Positions 22,992 to 32,968 of a stretch of 64,000 bases of DNA are shown one piece after another. The stretch is from an uncultured Verrucomicrobiae bacterium. GTDB lineage: Bacteria > Verrucomicrobiota > Verrucomicrobiia > Chthoniobacterales > JAFAMB01. The DNA is taken from contig CAWEXO010000005.1 in assembly GCA_963813025.1 (NCBI GenBank), positions 32,001 to 96,000 of the forward strand, given 5' to 3'. Numbering within the stretch: position 1 is the first letter of the stretch; each line of letters begins with the position of its first letter. Under the pieces are notes generated by a model. That model was not told where the DNA came from. It was given only the letters and a program-made list of their open reading frames with translations, and did not search any database. Both the position numbers and the translations under genes were made by a program.

Positions 22992-24455
22992 ATGAGCAAA
23001 CTTGATCTCGTAATGGTCGCTGCGGATCGTGAGGTGCCAAGAGCAAAGGGCCCGCGCCAAACAGTCGCACTCGGTCGTAAACAACAGTTGAATTTACAAC
23101 TCAACCAAGTGATCGACGCGGTGTTGCTGGTCTTTTCGCTGTGGAGCGCCCACCTCTTGCGTGAGTACACTGGCCATTTCGACGGAATCGCGAAGATCGA
23201 GCCTTTCGAAGCGTATCTTTGGCTTATTGTGGTCATTATGCCGGTGGGCCCGCTGCTCTTAGAATTTCAGGGATTTTACAATTTTCCATTGCAGAAAAGC
23301 CCCTGGAAATCTCTGAGCCAGGTAGCTCAGGCATTGCTTTGGTTGGGCGTATTGATCGCTGGGTGCGCGGTTTTTTTTCGCCTGAATATTGAAAGCCGAT
23401 CGGTCCTGATACTGTTTCCGCTAATCAGCGCGATCGTTCTGCTGACCAAAGAACACGTTGCTGTTGCGTATCTTAAATCGCACGTTCGCAGCGGACAGTA
23501 TCGAGAAAAGGTTATCTTGGCGGGCTCTGCGGAGGAGATCCTCCAGCTCTCGCGCCGGTTCAGAGAGGATGAATTCGCTCAAATTGACATCGTTGAGCGC
23601 ATCAACATCTCCTACCAACCCGTCTCTGATCTGGTCAAAGCAATACACGAGCATTCTGTCGGCCGCGTGATCTTCGCGAGTGCAAAGACCGAATTGCGAC
23701 TCGTGGAAGAAGCGATCGCGGCGTGCGAGATCGAAGGGGTTGAGGCGTGGCTCATGGCCGATTTTATCCGGACTTCGATTGCTCGACCGGCTTTTGACAT
23801 GTTTGGCCCACAACCGATGCTTGTCTTCCGTTCTACTCCAGAGATCTCCTGGGCGCTCCTAGCGAAGAGAATGATTGATCTCATCGGCTCAAGCATTGGA
23901 ATTCTGCTCCTGTCACCTTTGATGCTCATCGTCGCTGTCGCCATCAAGATCTCCTCGCCAGGATCAGCTGTGTTCGTCCAAATGCGCAGCGGCCAATATG
24001 GCCGGCCTTTCCGGATGTTTAAGTTCCGGTCGATGTATTCGGATGCCGAACAGCGGCGGCAGGAACTTGATGCCCTTAATCAGATGAGTGGACCGGTATT
24101 TAAACTTGACCGCGATCCGAGGATCACACCACTCGGGCGCTGGATACGGAAGTGCAGCATCGACGAATTACCTCAACTTTTTAACGTCTTCCTTGGCCAG
24201 ATGAGCTTAGTGGGTCCCCGGCCTCTCCCGGTCTACGAAGTAGAAAATTTCGCAAATCCGGCGCAGCGCCGCCGCCTGAGTGTCAAACCGGGTCTGACTT
24301 GTCTCTGGCAAATAAGTGGGCGCAATAATGTAAAAGAATTTGAGACCTGGGTAAAACTTGATCTGCAGTACATCGACGGTTGGTCGATTTGGCTGGACCT
24401 CAAAATTCTTTTGTGCACAATCCCTGTGGTGCTCTTCGGCTATGGCGCCAAGTGA
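22992..24455 (+). CDS. Priming polyprenyl-phosphate glycosylphosphotransferase (WcaJ/WbaP-like sugar transferase)
   Basis: N-terminal TM helices; KFRSM, DPRIT, DELPQL, MSLVGPRP, KPGLT, DLQYI motifs. Confidence 0.93.
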   Translation: MSKLDLVMVAADREVPRAKGPRQTVALGRKQQLNLQLNQVIDAVLLVFSLWSAHLLREYTGHFDGIAKIEPFEAYLWLIVVIMPVGPLLLEFQGFYNFPLQKSPWKSLSQVAQALLWLGVLIAGCAVFFRLNIESRSVLILFPLISAIVLLTKEHVAVAYLKSHVRSGQYREKVILAGSAEEILQLSRRFREDEFAQIDIVERINISYQPVSDLVKAIHEHSVGRVIFASAKTELRLVEEAIAACEIEGVEAWLMADFIRTSIARPAFDMFGPQPMLVFRSTPEISWALLAKRMIDLIGSSIGILLLSPLMLIVAVAIKISSPGSAVFVQMRSGQYGRPFRMFKFRSMYSDAEQRRQELDALNQMSGPVFKLDRDPRITPLGRWIRKCSIDELPQLFNVFLGQMSLVGPRPLPVYEVENFANPAQRRRLSVKPGLTCLWQISGRNNVKEFETWVKLDLQYIDGWSIWLDLKILLCTIPVVLFGYGAK

Positions 24456-24500
24456 GCCGACCTCCGGGGTCCAGACGCCTTCGGCCCATTTATCAAAGAA

Positions 24501-24685
24501 TGTCTCGCAAGATCCCGCTGGCGCACGGCCCGTAGGGCGAAAATTCATTCGAGCGTCAGCGAGAACTTGTTTGAGCCGCGTTGGAGGTGTGGCACATGCC
24601 TTATGTCCGGCTCAAACGAGTCCTCGCTAAAGCTCGGATAAATTTTCGCCCTACCGGAGCAGGGCCGAGGCTAGATTGCGAGACA
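24501..24685. mobile_element. MITE-like palindrome: 78-bp imperfect inverted repeats (24501-24578 / 24608-24685) enclosing a GTAG-type REP pair
   Basis: TGTCTCGCAA...GTAGGGCGAAAATTCATTCGAGC...TTTGAGCCG is mirrored by CGGCTCAAA...AATTTTCGCCCTAC...TTGCGAGACA. Sits between convergent genes. Confidence 0.75.
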
Positions 24686-24837
24686 GCCTCTTCAACCCAA
24701 CCCTTTGGGGCGCGGCCAGGTGGCTGTTTTCGACGTTACTACTGCCAGTCCGGCCCGGACCGCTTTGGCGGCGATCCATTTGAACCCAACGACGGCACCG
24801 GTATATGCGAGACGGTGCACAAGGATTTTGCTTCCAA

Positions 24838-25200
24838 TCACTGTCCGCTGGTGGCCTGATCCGGCGTGACCTCAAACGGGGCAACAGTAAGGTCTTCGTT
24901 GGCTACCCAGCCTAATCGGCTTCCAACGGCGGTCTCAACCAAGCTGAAGCCAAACTGTTTCCGGACGACTCGCACCAAAGTTCCTTTTCGCAGTGTGGCG
25001 TCAGGCATCGTGAACTGTTGCGGACCAGTACCGTACAACGGCACATTGTCCCTAACAGTCACCTGCAAGTTCTCCTCGGTAATAGCCGGCAAGACAGCCG
25101 CATAAGCCGCGGCCGCTGGATCCGGCTTTCCAGCCTGGCAAGCGCTGAGAATCGTGGCAGCACCGACTAGAACAAAAATTTGAGCTGACGTTGCTTGCAT
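24838..25200 (-). CDS. Hypothetical lipoprotein with SH3-like C-terminal domain
   Basis: Lipobox ILSAC; LRKGTLVRV...GWV pattern resembles bacterial SH3. Confidence 0.6.
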   Translation of the reverse strand: MQATSAQIFVLVGAATILSACQAGKPDPAAAAYAAVLPAITEENLQVTVRDNVPLYGTGPQQFTMPDATLRKGTLVRVVRKQFGFSLVETAVGSRLGWVANEDLTVAPFEVTPDQATSGQ

Positions 25201-25459
25201 AAACTTATTCAGTCGAGATTGCTTCGGTCAAAGCGATATGAGCGATGGTATGCTACGCGAGGTCCGGTGGCGAAAGCTGGCGTGGCGTGGTGGGGGTGTC
25301 TTCGGATTCCCAACCTCTATCCATAGATTCGTCCGAGCGCCGTTTTAAAAATCTATAACGCCATAAGGCCGGCAAGCAAGCCCAGGGTCACGGCCATCCT
25401 GGGACCGCTTATAATGGACTTGCCGGTAGCCAGCGAGCCGGAATAGGTTTCCCGGTTTT

Positions 25460-26938
25460 ATGCCAGCTACACCCTACGACCAACTTCTGGCTCGGGCCCG
25501 CGAGGTTTACCTGCTCCGCTCCTCCTACGCTATTCTTCAATGGGACGAGGAGACTTATCTTCCTCCAAAAGCTGTGCCGTTTCGGGCCGAGCAGCTCAGC
25601 TTTCTCGAAGGGAAGGCACATGTTCTGGCCACCGATCCGCAAGTGGATGATTGGTTGAAGGTATGTGAAGACCATGGCTATTCGCCGGAGTCCGATGAAG
25701 CAGCTAACCTCCGGGAGTGGCGCCGCGAATACGAACGCGCGACCAAACTTCCGGTCGAGCTTGTCGAAGAGTTCGAACGTGTTTGCGCCTTGGCTCGCAA
25801 CGCCTGGAAGCAGGCGCGCCGCGAGTCTGATTACTCGATTTTTGCTCCGCATCTTTCGAAGATTCTCGAGCTATCACGGAAGCGCGCCGATTTATGGGGT
25901 TACGCCGATTCACCTTACGACGCTTTACTGGAAGGGTATGAACCGGGAGCTACCGTGAAAAGCGTCGGCCCCGTTTTCGCCGAGTTGCAGCCGGCACTCC
26001 GTAATCTGCTTGACCAGATAGGCGATCGCTCCGTTCCCGAAGATTTCCTCAAAGGCGATTACCCAACAAGCGGTCAACAGTCTCTGAACCATCGGCTTGC
26101 CGCCGCTTTCGGTTACGACTTTGAGGCTGGCCGTATTGACGAAACCACCCACCCGTTTATGACGACCTTGGGGCCGTCCGATCAACGGGTGACGACCCGC
26201 TACGATGTGCGGATGTTCCAAACGTCTTTCTATGGTGTCCTCCATGAGGTCGGTCATGCGCTCTATGAGCAAGGACTTAGTAAGGATGACGCCGGCACGC
26301 CGATCGGTACGGCGCGTTCGCTGGGAATTCACGAATCACAATCGCGGCTTTGGGAGAATCATGTCGGACGGTCACCCCAGTTCTGGAACAAATGGCACGG
26401 CACCGCCGTCGAGCATCTTCCAGCGCTGGAACGCTTTACGCCGGACGACCTCGCCCGCGGTGTGCAAAGGGTCGCTCCCTCCTTCATCCGCGTGGAAGCA
26501 GATGAAGTCACGTACGATCTCCACATTCTACTGCGTTTCGAGATCGAGATCGATCTCATCGAGAACAGACTTGGTGTGAAAGATCTTCCCGCGCGCTGGA
26601 ATCAGCGGTTCAAAGAGTTGTTCGGTTTGGTGGTCCCGACCGACAGTCTGGGACTGCTGCAGGATATCCACTGGAGCATGGGCGGCTTCGGCTATTTCGC
26701 TACCTACTCTTTGGGCAACCTCAACGCAGCGCAGCTCATGGCCGCAGCGGAAAGATCGGTGCCGAATCTTCAGCAGTGTCTCTCGGCGGGCGACTATGGT
26801 CCCCTTCTCCAATGGCTGAGGAGCAACGTTCACCAGCACGGTCAGCGATTTTCTCCCAGCGAGTTGATGAGGCGAGCGACGGGTGAACCGACCCAGGCAA
26901 AATACCGCATCGAGTATTTGAGAAACAAATACCTCTAA
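25460..26938 (+). CDS. Carboxypeptidase, peptidase family M32
   Basis: HPF, HEVGHALYEQG, HESQS, IRVEADE, QDIHW, GYFATY motifs. Confidence 0.95.
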   Translation: MPATPYDQLLARAREVYLLRSSYAILQWDEETYLPPKAVPFRAEQLSFLEGKAHVLATDPQVDDWLKVCEDHGYSPESDEAANLREWRREYERATKLPVELVEEFERVCALARNAWKQARRESDYSIFAPHLSKILELSRKRADLWGYADSPYDALLEGYEPGATVKSVGPVFAELQPALRNLLDQIGDRSVPEDFLKGDYPTSGQQSLNHRLAAAFGYDFEAGRIDETTHPFMTTLGPSDQRVTTRYDVRMFQTSFYGVLHEVGHALYEQGLSKDDAGTPIGTARSLGIHESQSRLWENHVGRSPQFWNKWHGTAVEHLPALERFTPDDLARGVQRVAPSFIRVEADEVTYDLHILLRFEIEIDLIENRLGVKDLPARWNQRFKELFGLVVPTDSLGLLQDIHWSMGGFGYFATYSLGNLNAAQLMAAAERSVPNLQQCLSAGDYGPLLQWLRSNVHQHGQRFSPSELMRRATGEPTQAKYRIEYLRNKYL

Positions 26939-26954
26939 CGTATCCTCCTCGCGC

Positions 26955-27764
26955 GTGTATCGGTGTGCAGGAGTCGCGACAACTTTTTCTCCCCGTTTCC
27001 TGGCGGTTCTCGCAGAAGCCGCTCGGATCAGCCGGGTGGCCAACTTGCCTCTAGAGCTGATCCACGCGGACGTATTTGATGCGGAAAAGAACGAACGTTT
27101 TCGCACCGCTCTCGCACGCCTGGGCCTAGGTGGAGAAACTCCGGTTCACTTCCAGGCCGGCGAACCGGCCGAAGCGATCCTTCGTGTACAAGCGGCGACG
27201 GGAATGGACTTGATCATTGCCGGCGCTTTGGAGCGGGAAAGCGTTCATCGAAATTTTACCGGAAACGTCGCGCGTGAACTCTTGCGGCGTGCTTCTTGCG
27301 ATCTAATTCTCTTTGTTGACCCAAGTGAAAGGCCCAAACCGCTCGGCAGATTTTTTGTCCTGCTGCCGGACTTCAGCGCACCCAGCCGGCGAGCTTTTCA
27401 CCGCGCACTCGACCTGGCCGAGCTGGTGGATGCGGTGCAGCTTTCGGCCATTCACGTGCAAACGACCTTTGCCGAAGCCAAAGAGAAGGTCTCAGGGAGT
27501 TCCTGCTCGCCCGAGCAGAGCTTGGAAGCGTTGGTGAACGAGCGCCGGGAAAGTCCGGTTGAGCTGGACTATCATCTTCTGCGCGGCAACACCGGATTCA
27601 ACGCGTTTGAATACATTCAGTCGAGCAAGGCAGACCTGCTGGTCATGCCGTCCCAAATCGATCCGTCTGGCCGGCCGGTCTTTGCTCCGGTTCTGGATTG
27701 GGTGATTCAGGTTATCCCGAGCAACCTGTGGGTTATCCGCGAGCCTGCATCGGCGGAGCCGTAG
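26955..27764 (+). CDS. Tandem universal stress protein (USP) domain protein
   Basis: GEPAEAIL...DLIIAG and GNVARELLRRASCD, followed by a second USP-like unit (ADLLVM). GTG start. Confidence 0.75.
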   Translation: MYRCAGVATTFSPRFLAVLAEAARISRVANLPLELIHADVFDAEKNERFRTALARLGLGGETPVHFQAGEPAEAILRVQAATGMDLIIAGALERESVHRNFTGNVARELLRRASCDLILFVDPSERPKPLGRFFVLLPDFSAPSRRAFHRALDLAELVDAVQLSAIHVQTTFAEAKEKVSGSSCSPEQSLEALVNERRESPVELDYHLLRGNTGFNAFEYIQSSKADLLVMPSQIDPSGRPVFAPVLDWVIQVIPSNLWVIREPASAEP

Positions 27765-27866
27765 CGCCGACGGCCTCGTCGGTATCTCTCGGAAGCGCGC
27801 GAAGCCGCTCTTTGTTTTAAGAGCGGGCGGCCCCATCAGAGGTACCGACGAGGCCGTCGGTGCTAC
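27761..27866. repeat. GTAG-type REP doublet (REPIN-like)
   Basis: GTAGCGCCGACGGCCTCGTCGGTA ... TACCGACGAGGCCGTCGGTGCTAC in inverted orientation, each unit internally palindromic. Lies between convergent stop codons. Confidence 0.8.
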
Positions 27867-27883
27867 GCCCGAAAGCTTCCACG

Positions 27884-30617
27884 CTACGCGCTCAGCAACT
27901 GACGCAAGACGTACGGCAGAATCCCGCCATGCCGATAGTACTCGACTTCGATGGGCGTATCGATACGCAAAGTCAGCGGTACATTTTCTTCCTGTCCGCT
28001 CTGACGCTTAATCCGTAAAGTGACTTCCTGCTGAGGACGGAGATCGTTGCTCAGCCCGATCACACTGTAGACTTCCGATCCATCCAAACCAAGGGTCTGG
28101 GCATCCACGTTCTCGGCGAACTGCAAAGGCAGAACCCCCATCCCGACCAGATTCGATCGATGAATTCGCTCAAAACTCGTGGCAACGACCGCTCTAACAC
28201 CAAGCAACCGGGTGCCTTTGGCGGCCCAGTCGCGGCTTGAACCGGTGCCATACTCCTGCCCGGCGATCACCACCAGAGGCACTTCTTCCTTTTGGTAACG
28301 ATCGCGGCATCAAAGATCGAGAGTTGCTCTCCGCTCGGTTGATGGATCGTTACCCCGCCTTCGATCGCCGGGCACCATCAAATTTTTGATCCGAACGTTG
28401 GCAAACGTTCCGCGCGTCATGACCCGATCGTTACCCCGTCGGCTGCCGTAGCTGTTGAAGTCGATCGGCTTGACCCCCCGATCGATCAGGTATCGTCCGG
28501 CCGGTGAACGTCTGTTTGATCGCTCCCGCCGGCGAGATGTGATCGGTCGTGACCGAATCGCCAAAAATCCCGAGCGGGCGCGCATTAAGGATGTCGTGGA
28601 TGTCTTCCACCTCCATCGAAAAGTCATCGAAAAAAGGCGGCTCCTGGATGTAATCGCTTGTCTCGTCCCAAGCGTAGAGATCGCCGCCCGCTGGTCGAGA
28701 TCTCGTTCCATTTCGGATTCTGACTCGCGAAATCCCGGTATAGCTCTCGAAAAATCTCCGGCTTGAGAGCTGAAGCCATCGCATTCTGGATTTCCTCCAT
28801 CGTCGGCCAGAGATCTTTCAGATAAACGTCGTCGCCATCCTTGTCTTTGCCCAGAGGCTCATGAGCCAGATCGATATCAACTCGTCCGGCCAAGTGCAAA
28901 AGCGACCACCAGCGGCGGAGACATCAGGAAGTTCGCGCGGATATTCTGATGAATACGGGCTTCGAAGTTACGATTGCCGGAAAGCACAGCGGCTGCCACC
29001 AGGTCATGCCCGGTGACTACTTCTTCAATCTTGGGATGCAACGGTCCGGAATTACCGATGCAAGTTGTGCAACCGTAGCCAACAATCCCGAAACCCGAGT
29101 TGATCCAGGTAAGGTTGCAAGCCGGTCTTGGCCAGATAATCGGTCACCACTCTTGAACCGGGCGCCATGGAAGTCTTACGGTCGGATCAACTGTCAATCC
29201 ACGCTCAACCGCCTTCTTGGCGAGTAAACCTGCGCCGAGCATAACACTGGGGTTACTCGTATTGGTGCAGCTGGTGATCGCCGCAATCAACACGCTGCCG
29301 TGTCCGATCCGGCCGCTCCGAGCTTCCGGCGTCGAGCAGCAGCTTCTTTTCCGTTCATTGAGACATCGAACCGTTCGGGAAGCTGTGCTTTGTCCTTGCC
29401 GTACCCTCCATTTGCGACTGGCTTGGCAAAGAGCGTCCGGAAAGTCGTGCCAACCTCTGCCAGGTTGATCCGGTCCTGGGGCCGTTTCGGTCCAGCACGG
29501 ATGGCTGGACCTCGCTCAAATCCAGGTCCACTCCGACGCTGTAATCGATTAGCCCGGCTTGCGGCATTCCGAAAAGTTGTTGTGCCCGGAAATATTGTTC
29601 AAACGCACTCGCACTGTGCCTCCGACCGCCCGGTTAGACGCAGATAGTTAACCGATTCCTCGTCGACCGGGAAGAAACCCATGGTCGCCCCGTACTCGGG
29701 CGCCATATTCCCGATCGTCGCCCGGTCCGGCAAAGTCAGAGAAGCGGCCCCTTCTCCGTAAAATTCAACAAACTTCCCGACCACCTTTTTCGCCCGCAAG
29801 AGTTGAGTCACGTGGAGCGCCAGGTCGGTCGCCGTAACGCCTTCGCGCAACCGGCCGGACATATGAACACCAACCACTTCCGGCGTTAGAATGTAGACTG
29901 GTTGCCCCAGCATGCCCGCTTCGGCTTCAATCCCGCCGACACCCCAACCCACGATCCCAAGTCCATTAATCATGGTGGTGTGTGAATCGGTGCCCACCAG
30001 TGTATCGGGAAAAAGAGCTCGCCCGCATCAGTCTGCCGGCTGAGCACTCCTTTCGCCAGATATTCGAGATTGACCTGATGAACGATCCCGATCCCCGGTG
30101 GAACGACTCCAAACGTCTCGAAGGCTTGTTGTCCCCACTTCAACAGCTCGTACCGTTCCCGGTTCCGCTTGAATTCCATGTCGAGGTTCAGCGCCAAAGC
30201 TTCGGGAATGCCGGCGAAATCAACTTGTACGGAGTGATCCACCACCAAATCTACCGGCACGAGCGGCTCTATCAGTTTCGGATCCCGTTTGAGCCTGGCT
30301 ACCGCCGCGCGCATCGCCGCCAGATCGACCAGCAAGGGTACGCCGGTGAAATCCTGCAGGACAATTCGAGCGACCACAAAGGGCACCTCTTCGGCCGCGG
30401 GGTTGCTCGCTGACCAACCTGCTAACGCTTTGACATTTTCTTCGGTGACCTTCTTGCCGTCGCAGTTCCGCAGCACCGATTCCAAGACGATGCGAATACT
30501 TACCGGCAATCGGGAAATCTTTCCGTAGCCGGCCTCTTCCAAAGCCGGCAAAGAATAGTAAATACCTTTTCGCCCATCCTCTAGATCGAGTGGGCGAATC
30601 ATTTTCTCAGAAAACAT
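27884..30617 (-). pseudogene. acnA: Aconitate hydratase A broken by roughly ten frameshifts (28300-30010); pseudogene or sequence error
   Basis: Collinear fragments across several frames: [94 protein letters not shown]. Confidence 0.9.
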
Positions 30618-30628
30618 ACCCAGATAAC

Positions 30629-31117
30629 TTATCCAAGTTCCTCCAGTTTTGCCCGGATCGCATCGAAATTCGGTACTTGCTTCGGATCATCCGAACTTTC
30701 CGCGTATTGAATAACTCCGTTGCGATCGATCACGAAAGCCGAGCGTTTGGCTATGCCGGCCAATGGCAGCTTGCCCTGCAGAAAGCTTTCATAGGCGACA
30801 TCATAAAGCCGGGCGACGGAATGATCATAATCACTGAGCAAGGGCAGCTTGATCGATTCTTTCTTCGCCCATTCTTCCAGGGCGAACGGACTGTCCCCGC
30901 TGATTCCAAGAACGGTCGAATTGGAATCATATCGCTGAATTGAATCAGAGACGCTGCACATTTCCGACGTACACACGCCGGTGAAAGCGGCCGGAAAAAA
31001 CAGCAACAGAACTTTGTTCTTACCGAATTGATCGCTCAGCTTCACCAATTCAAATCCACTGGACGACTTGGTGGCCAAGGTGAAATCTGGTGCTTTCGAG
31101 CCGACAGGGAGAGCCAT
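30629..31117 (-). CDS. Peroxiredoxin (AhpC/TSA family)
   Basis: [35 protein letters not shown] motifs. Start taken at MALPVG. Confidence 0.9.
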   Translation of the reverse strand: MALPVGSKAPDFTLATKSSSGFELVKLSDQFGKNKVLLLFFPAAFTGVCTSEMCSVSDSIQRYDSNSTVLGISGDSPFALEEWAKKESIKLPLLSDYDHSVARLYDVAYESFLQGKLPLAGIAKRSAFVIDRNGVIQYAESSDDPKQVPNFDAIRAKLEELG

Positions 31118-31275
31118 AAGATCACGTGGGAAAAGGTGAAATCCGTTCAAATGACGGCAATAAACAAAGGTTATAAGTGCGATGCTTCCGGGTCAACGAG
31201 TGTTTAATCCACGCGGGCGAGTCCGGCGCTGAACAATGCTTCGCGCGAAACGTGAAACGTCAAACGTGAAATGCT

Positions 31276-32118
31276 ATGGCCAGCCGGATCATTGACTTGG
31301 ACGGAGCTTGGAGCCCCGATGCCATTCGCGGTGCGGCCTATTACAACTACCTTGCCTGGGGTCCGCAACTCCGCTACTGCGCGCCACCTCGAGTTATGGA
31401 AAGGTTTTTTCGAGAAATACGCGCGTATCCGGCGGCCTTTACCCTCGTTGGCTCGGGCGATTTTCATCACCTGAGCGCTCTGTGGCAGCGATCCCTGAGT
31501 GAGCCCTATGTCTTGATCTCCTTCGATAACCACCCAGACTGGGACACCCGTCCACCCTCTTGGTGTTGCGGCACCTGGATCTCGCGCGTACTGGAAACCC
31601 GCAACTTGAAGCGAGCCTGTATCTGGGGTTGTGGAAATTTCGAACTGGATGCGCCACATCGCTGGTTCGCAAACTATCGGGGAATGCAGACCAACCGGCT
31701 CCGAGTGTGGCCCTGGAGTGAGCGGTTAAGTCGATCGGCGCAACAGCGCTGGCCGGGCATTACCCCGAGTGATTGGCGGGAAATTTTTACCGACTTTGCC
31801 GAGACACTTCACAGCGAAGCTGTTTATGTAACGGTCGATCTCGACTGCCTCGATGAAGAAAGCGCGGTCACCGATTGGGAGCAGGGAATGTTTCTTCCCG
31901 GTGACGTCGCTTGGGCTATCGAGAAGGTTCGACAGCGTGCCCGGATCGTCGGTGGAGATCTCTGCGGAGCGCATTCTACGGCATACTATCGACGCTGGAC
32001 CCAACGCACATGCGCGCTCTTCGACCATCCGAAAAAGCCGGCACCAAAGGAGGCGCGCGCTCAAACCCGGAACCAATCCTCGTTGAGCTGCATCTGGCCG
32101 GCTTTGGCGGGCGAATAG
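31276..32118 (+). CDS. Arginase/ureohydrolase-like protein
   Basis: GSGDFHHLS, FDNHPD, YVTVDLDCL, DWEQG, GGDLCG motifs. Confidence 0.75.
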   Translation: MASRIIDLDGAWSPDAIRGAAYYNYLAWGPQLRYCAPPRVMERFFREIRAYPAAFTLVGSGDFHHLSALWQRSLSEPYVLISFDNHPDWDTRPPSWCCGTWISRVLETRNLKRACIWGCGNFELDAPHRWFANYRGMQTNRLRVWPWSERLSRSAQQRWPGITPSDWREIFTDFAETLHSEAVYVTVDLDCLDEESAVTDWEQGMFLPGDVAWAIEKVRQRARIVGGDLCGAHSTAYYRRWTQRTCALFDHPKKPAPKEARAQTRNQSSLSCIWPALAGE

Positions 32119-32128
32119 CCGCACGCCC

Positions 32129-32467
32129 TCAGCTTCCCGATACCAAAACTGTCCCAACCGCGATCAGGATCACTCCGAACCAGAGCCGCCTGGTGATGCG
32201 CTCGCGCAGAAATATCACCGCGGCCAGGGCCAGCGCGATCCGCTGAATTCCTTCGAATGGATAAATATAACTCAAGTCAAAACGCTTCAACAGAGCCAGA
32301 TAGACAAAAAAGCCGAGAGTCATCGCGGCCAGGCCAGCGGCTAATCCAAAGGTGCGCTTCGACGCAAACAATTTACCTTCACCGGACATCGCGTGCTTGA
32401 AAAAGATCTGGCCCGCCACGTTGCTTAGCTGCGAAACCAACACCAGGGCTAGCAATGCGACGCTCAT
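32129..32467 (-). CDS. Small 4-TM EamA/SMR-like protein (ArnE/ArnF-like)
   Basis: GQIFFK, DLSYIYP, FLRERIT...GVILIAVG; four hydrophobic segments. Confidence 0.8.
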   Translation of the reverse strand: MSVALLALVLVSQLSNVAGQIFFKHAMSGEGKLFASKRTFGLAAGLAAMTLGFFVYLALLKRFDLSYIYPFEGIQRIALALAAVIFLRERITRRLWFGVILIAVGTVLVSGS

Positions 32468-32907
32468 AGTCGATCCTCTACATTTGCCAGCGGTTGCGCC
32501 ACGACGAGCACTCCGGCTGTGACCAGCAGGATCCCCCCCCAGCGCAGCAACGAGATCTGCTCACCGAGGAAAGCCCAGGAGGCCAGCGGCACAAGAACAT
32601 GCGTCACCGCCGCCAGATTGAAGGCGATAAGCAAAGGAATCGACCGAAGAACCGAAAGCCAGAAGATCAAGCCTCCGATCAAGCAGGCAATCCCCAGCCA
32701 CATCCAGACCGATGCCATCTGCCCGGCGAAAAAGATCGCCTGTAGCGGATTCGTCCCATCGCTCGCCAGTTTCAGGAAAATCTGCTCCGCGGCGGCCAGC
32801 AGGATAGAAATCCCCAGTTCCAGAAACTGTCGGACAGTCAACAGATTGGCGGGCTGGAGTCGACTTGCTTTACGCGTAAGGCCTGGATCGCGAGACGCTA
32901 TTGCCAT
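32464..32907 (-). CDS. Small EamA/SMR-like protein (ArnE/ArnF-like partner)
   Basis: QIFLK, WLSVL, FLGEQIS..RWGGILL. 4-nt overlap with the neighbouring gene. Confidence 0.8.
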   Translation of the reverse strand: MAIASRDPGLTRKASRLQPANLLTVRQFLELGISILLAAAEQIFLKLASDGTNPLQAIFFAGQMASVWMWLGIACLIGGLIFWLSVLRSIPLLIAFNLAAVTHVLVPLASWAFLGEQISLLRWGGILLVTAGVLVVAQPLANVEDRL

Positions 32908-32968
32908 GAAGAGGTTTACACTTGCTCTCGATCACGAACCGTTGCAAGTGTTCTTCGACCCGCCGTAG

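Noticed and set aside
25365..25430. Hairpin CCGGCAAG...CCCAGG/CCTGGG...CTTGCCGG upstream of the M32 peptidase as an ncRNA
   Set aside because: Short stems in GC-rich DNA, single copy, and no recognisable family motif.
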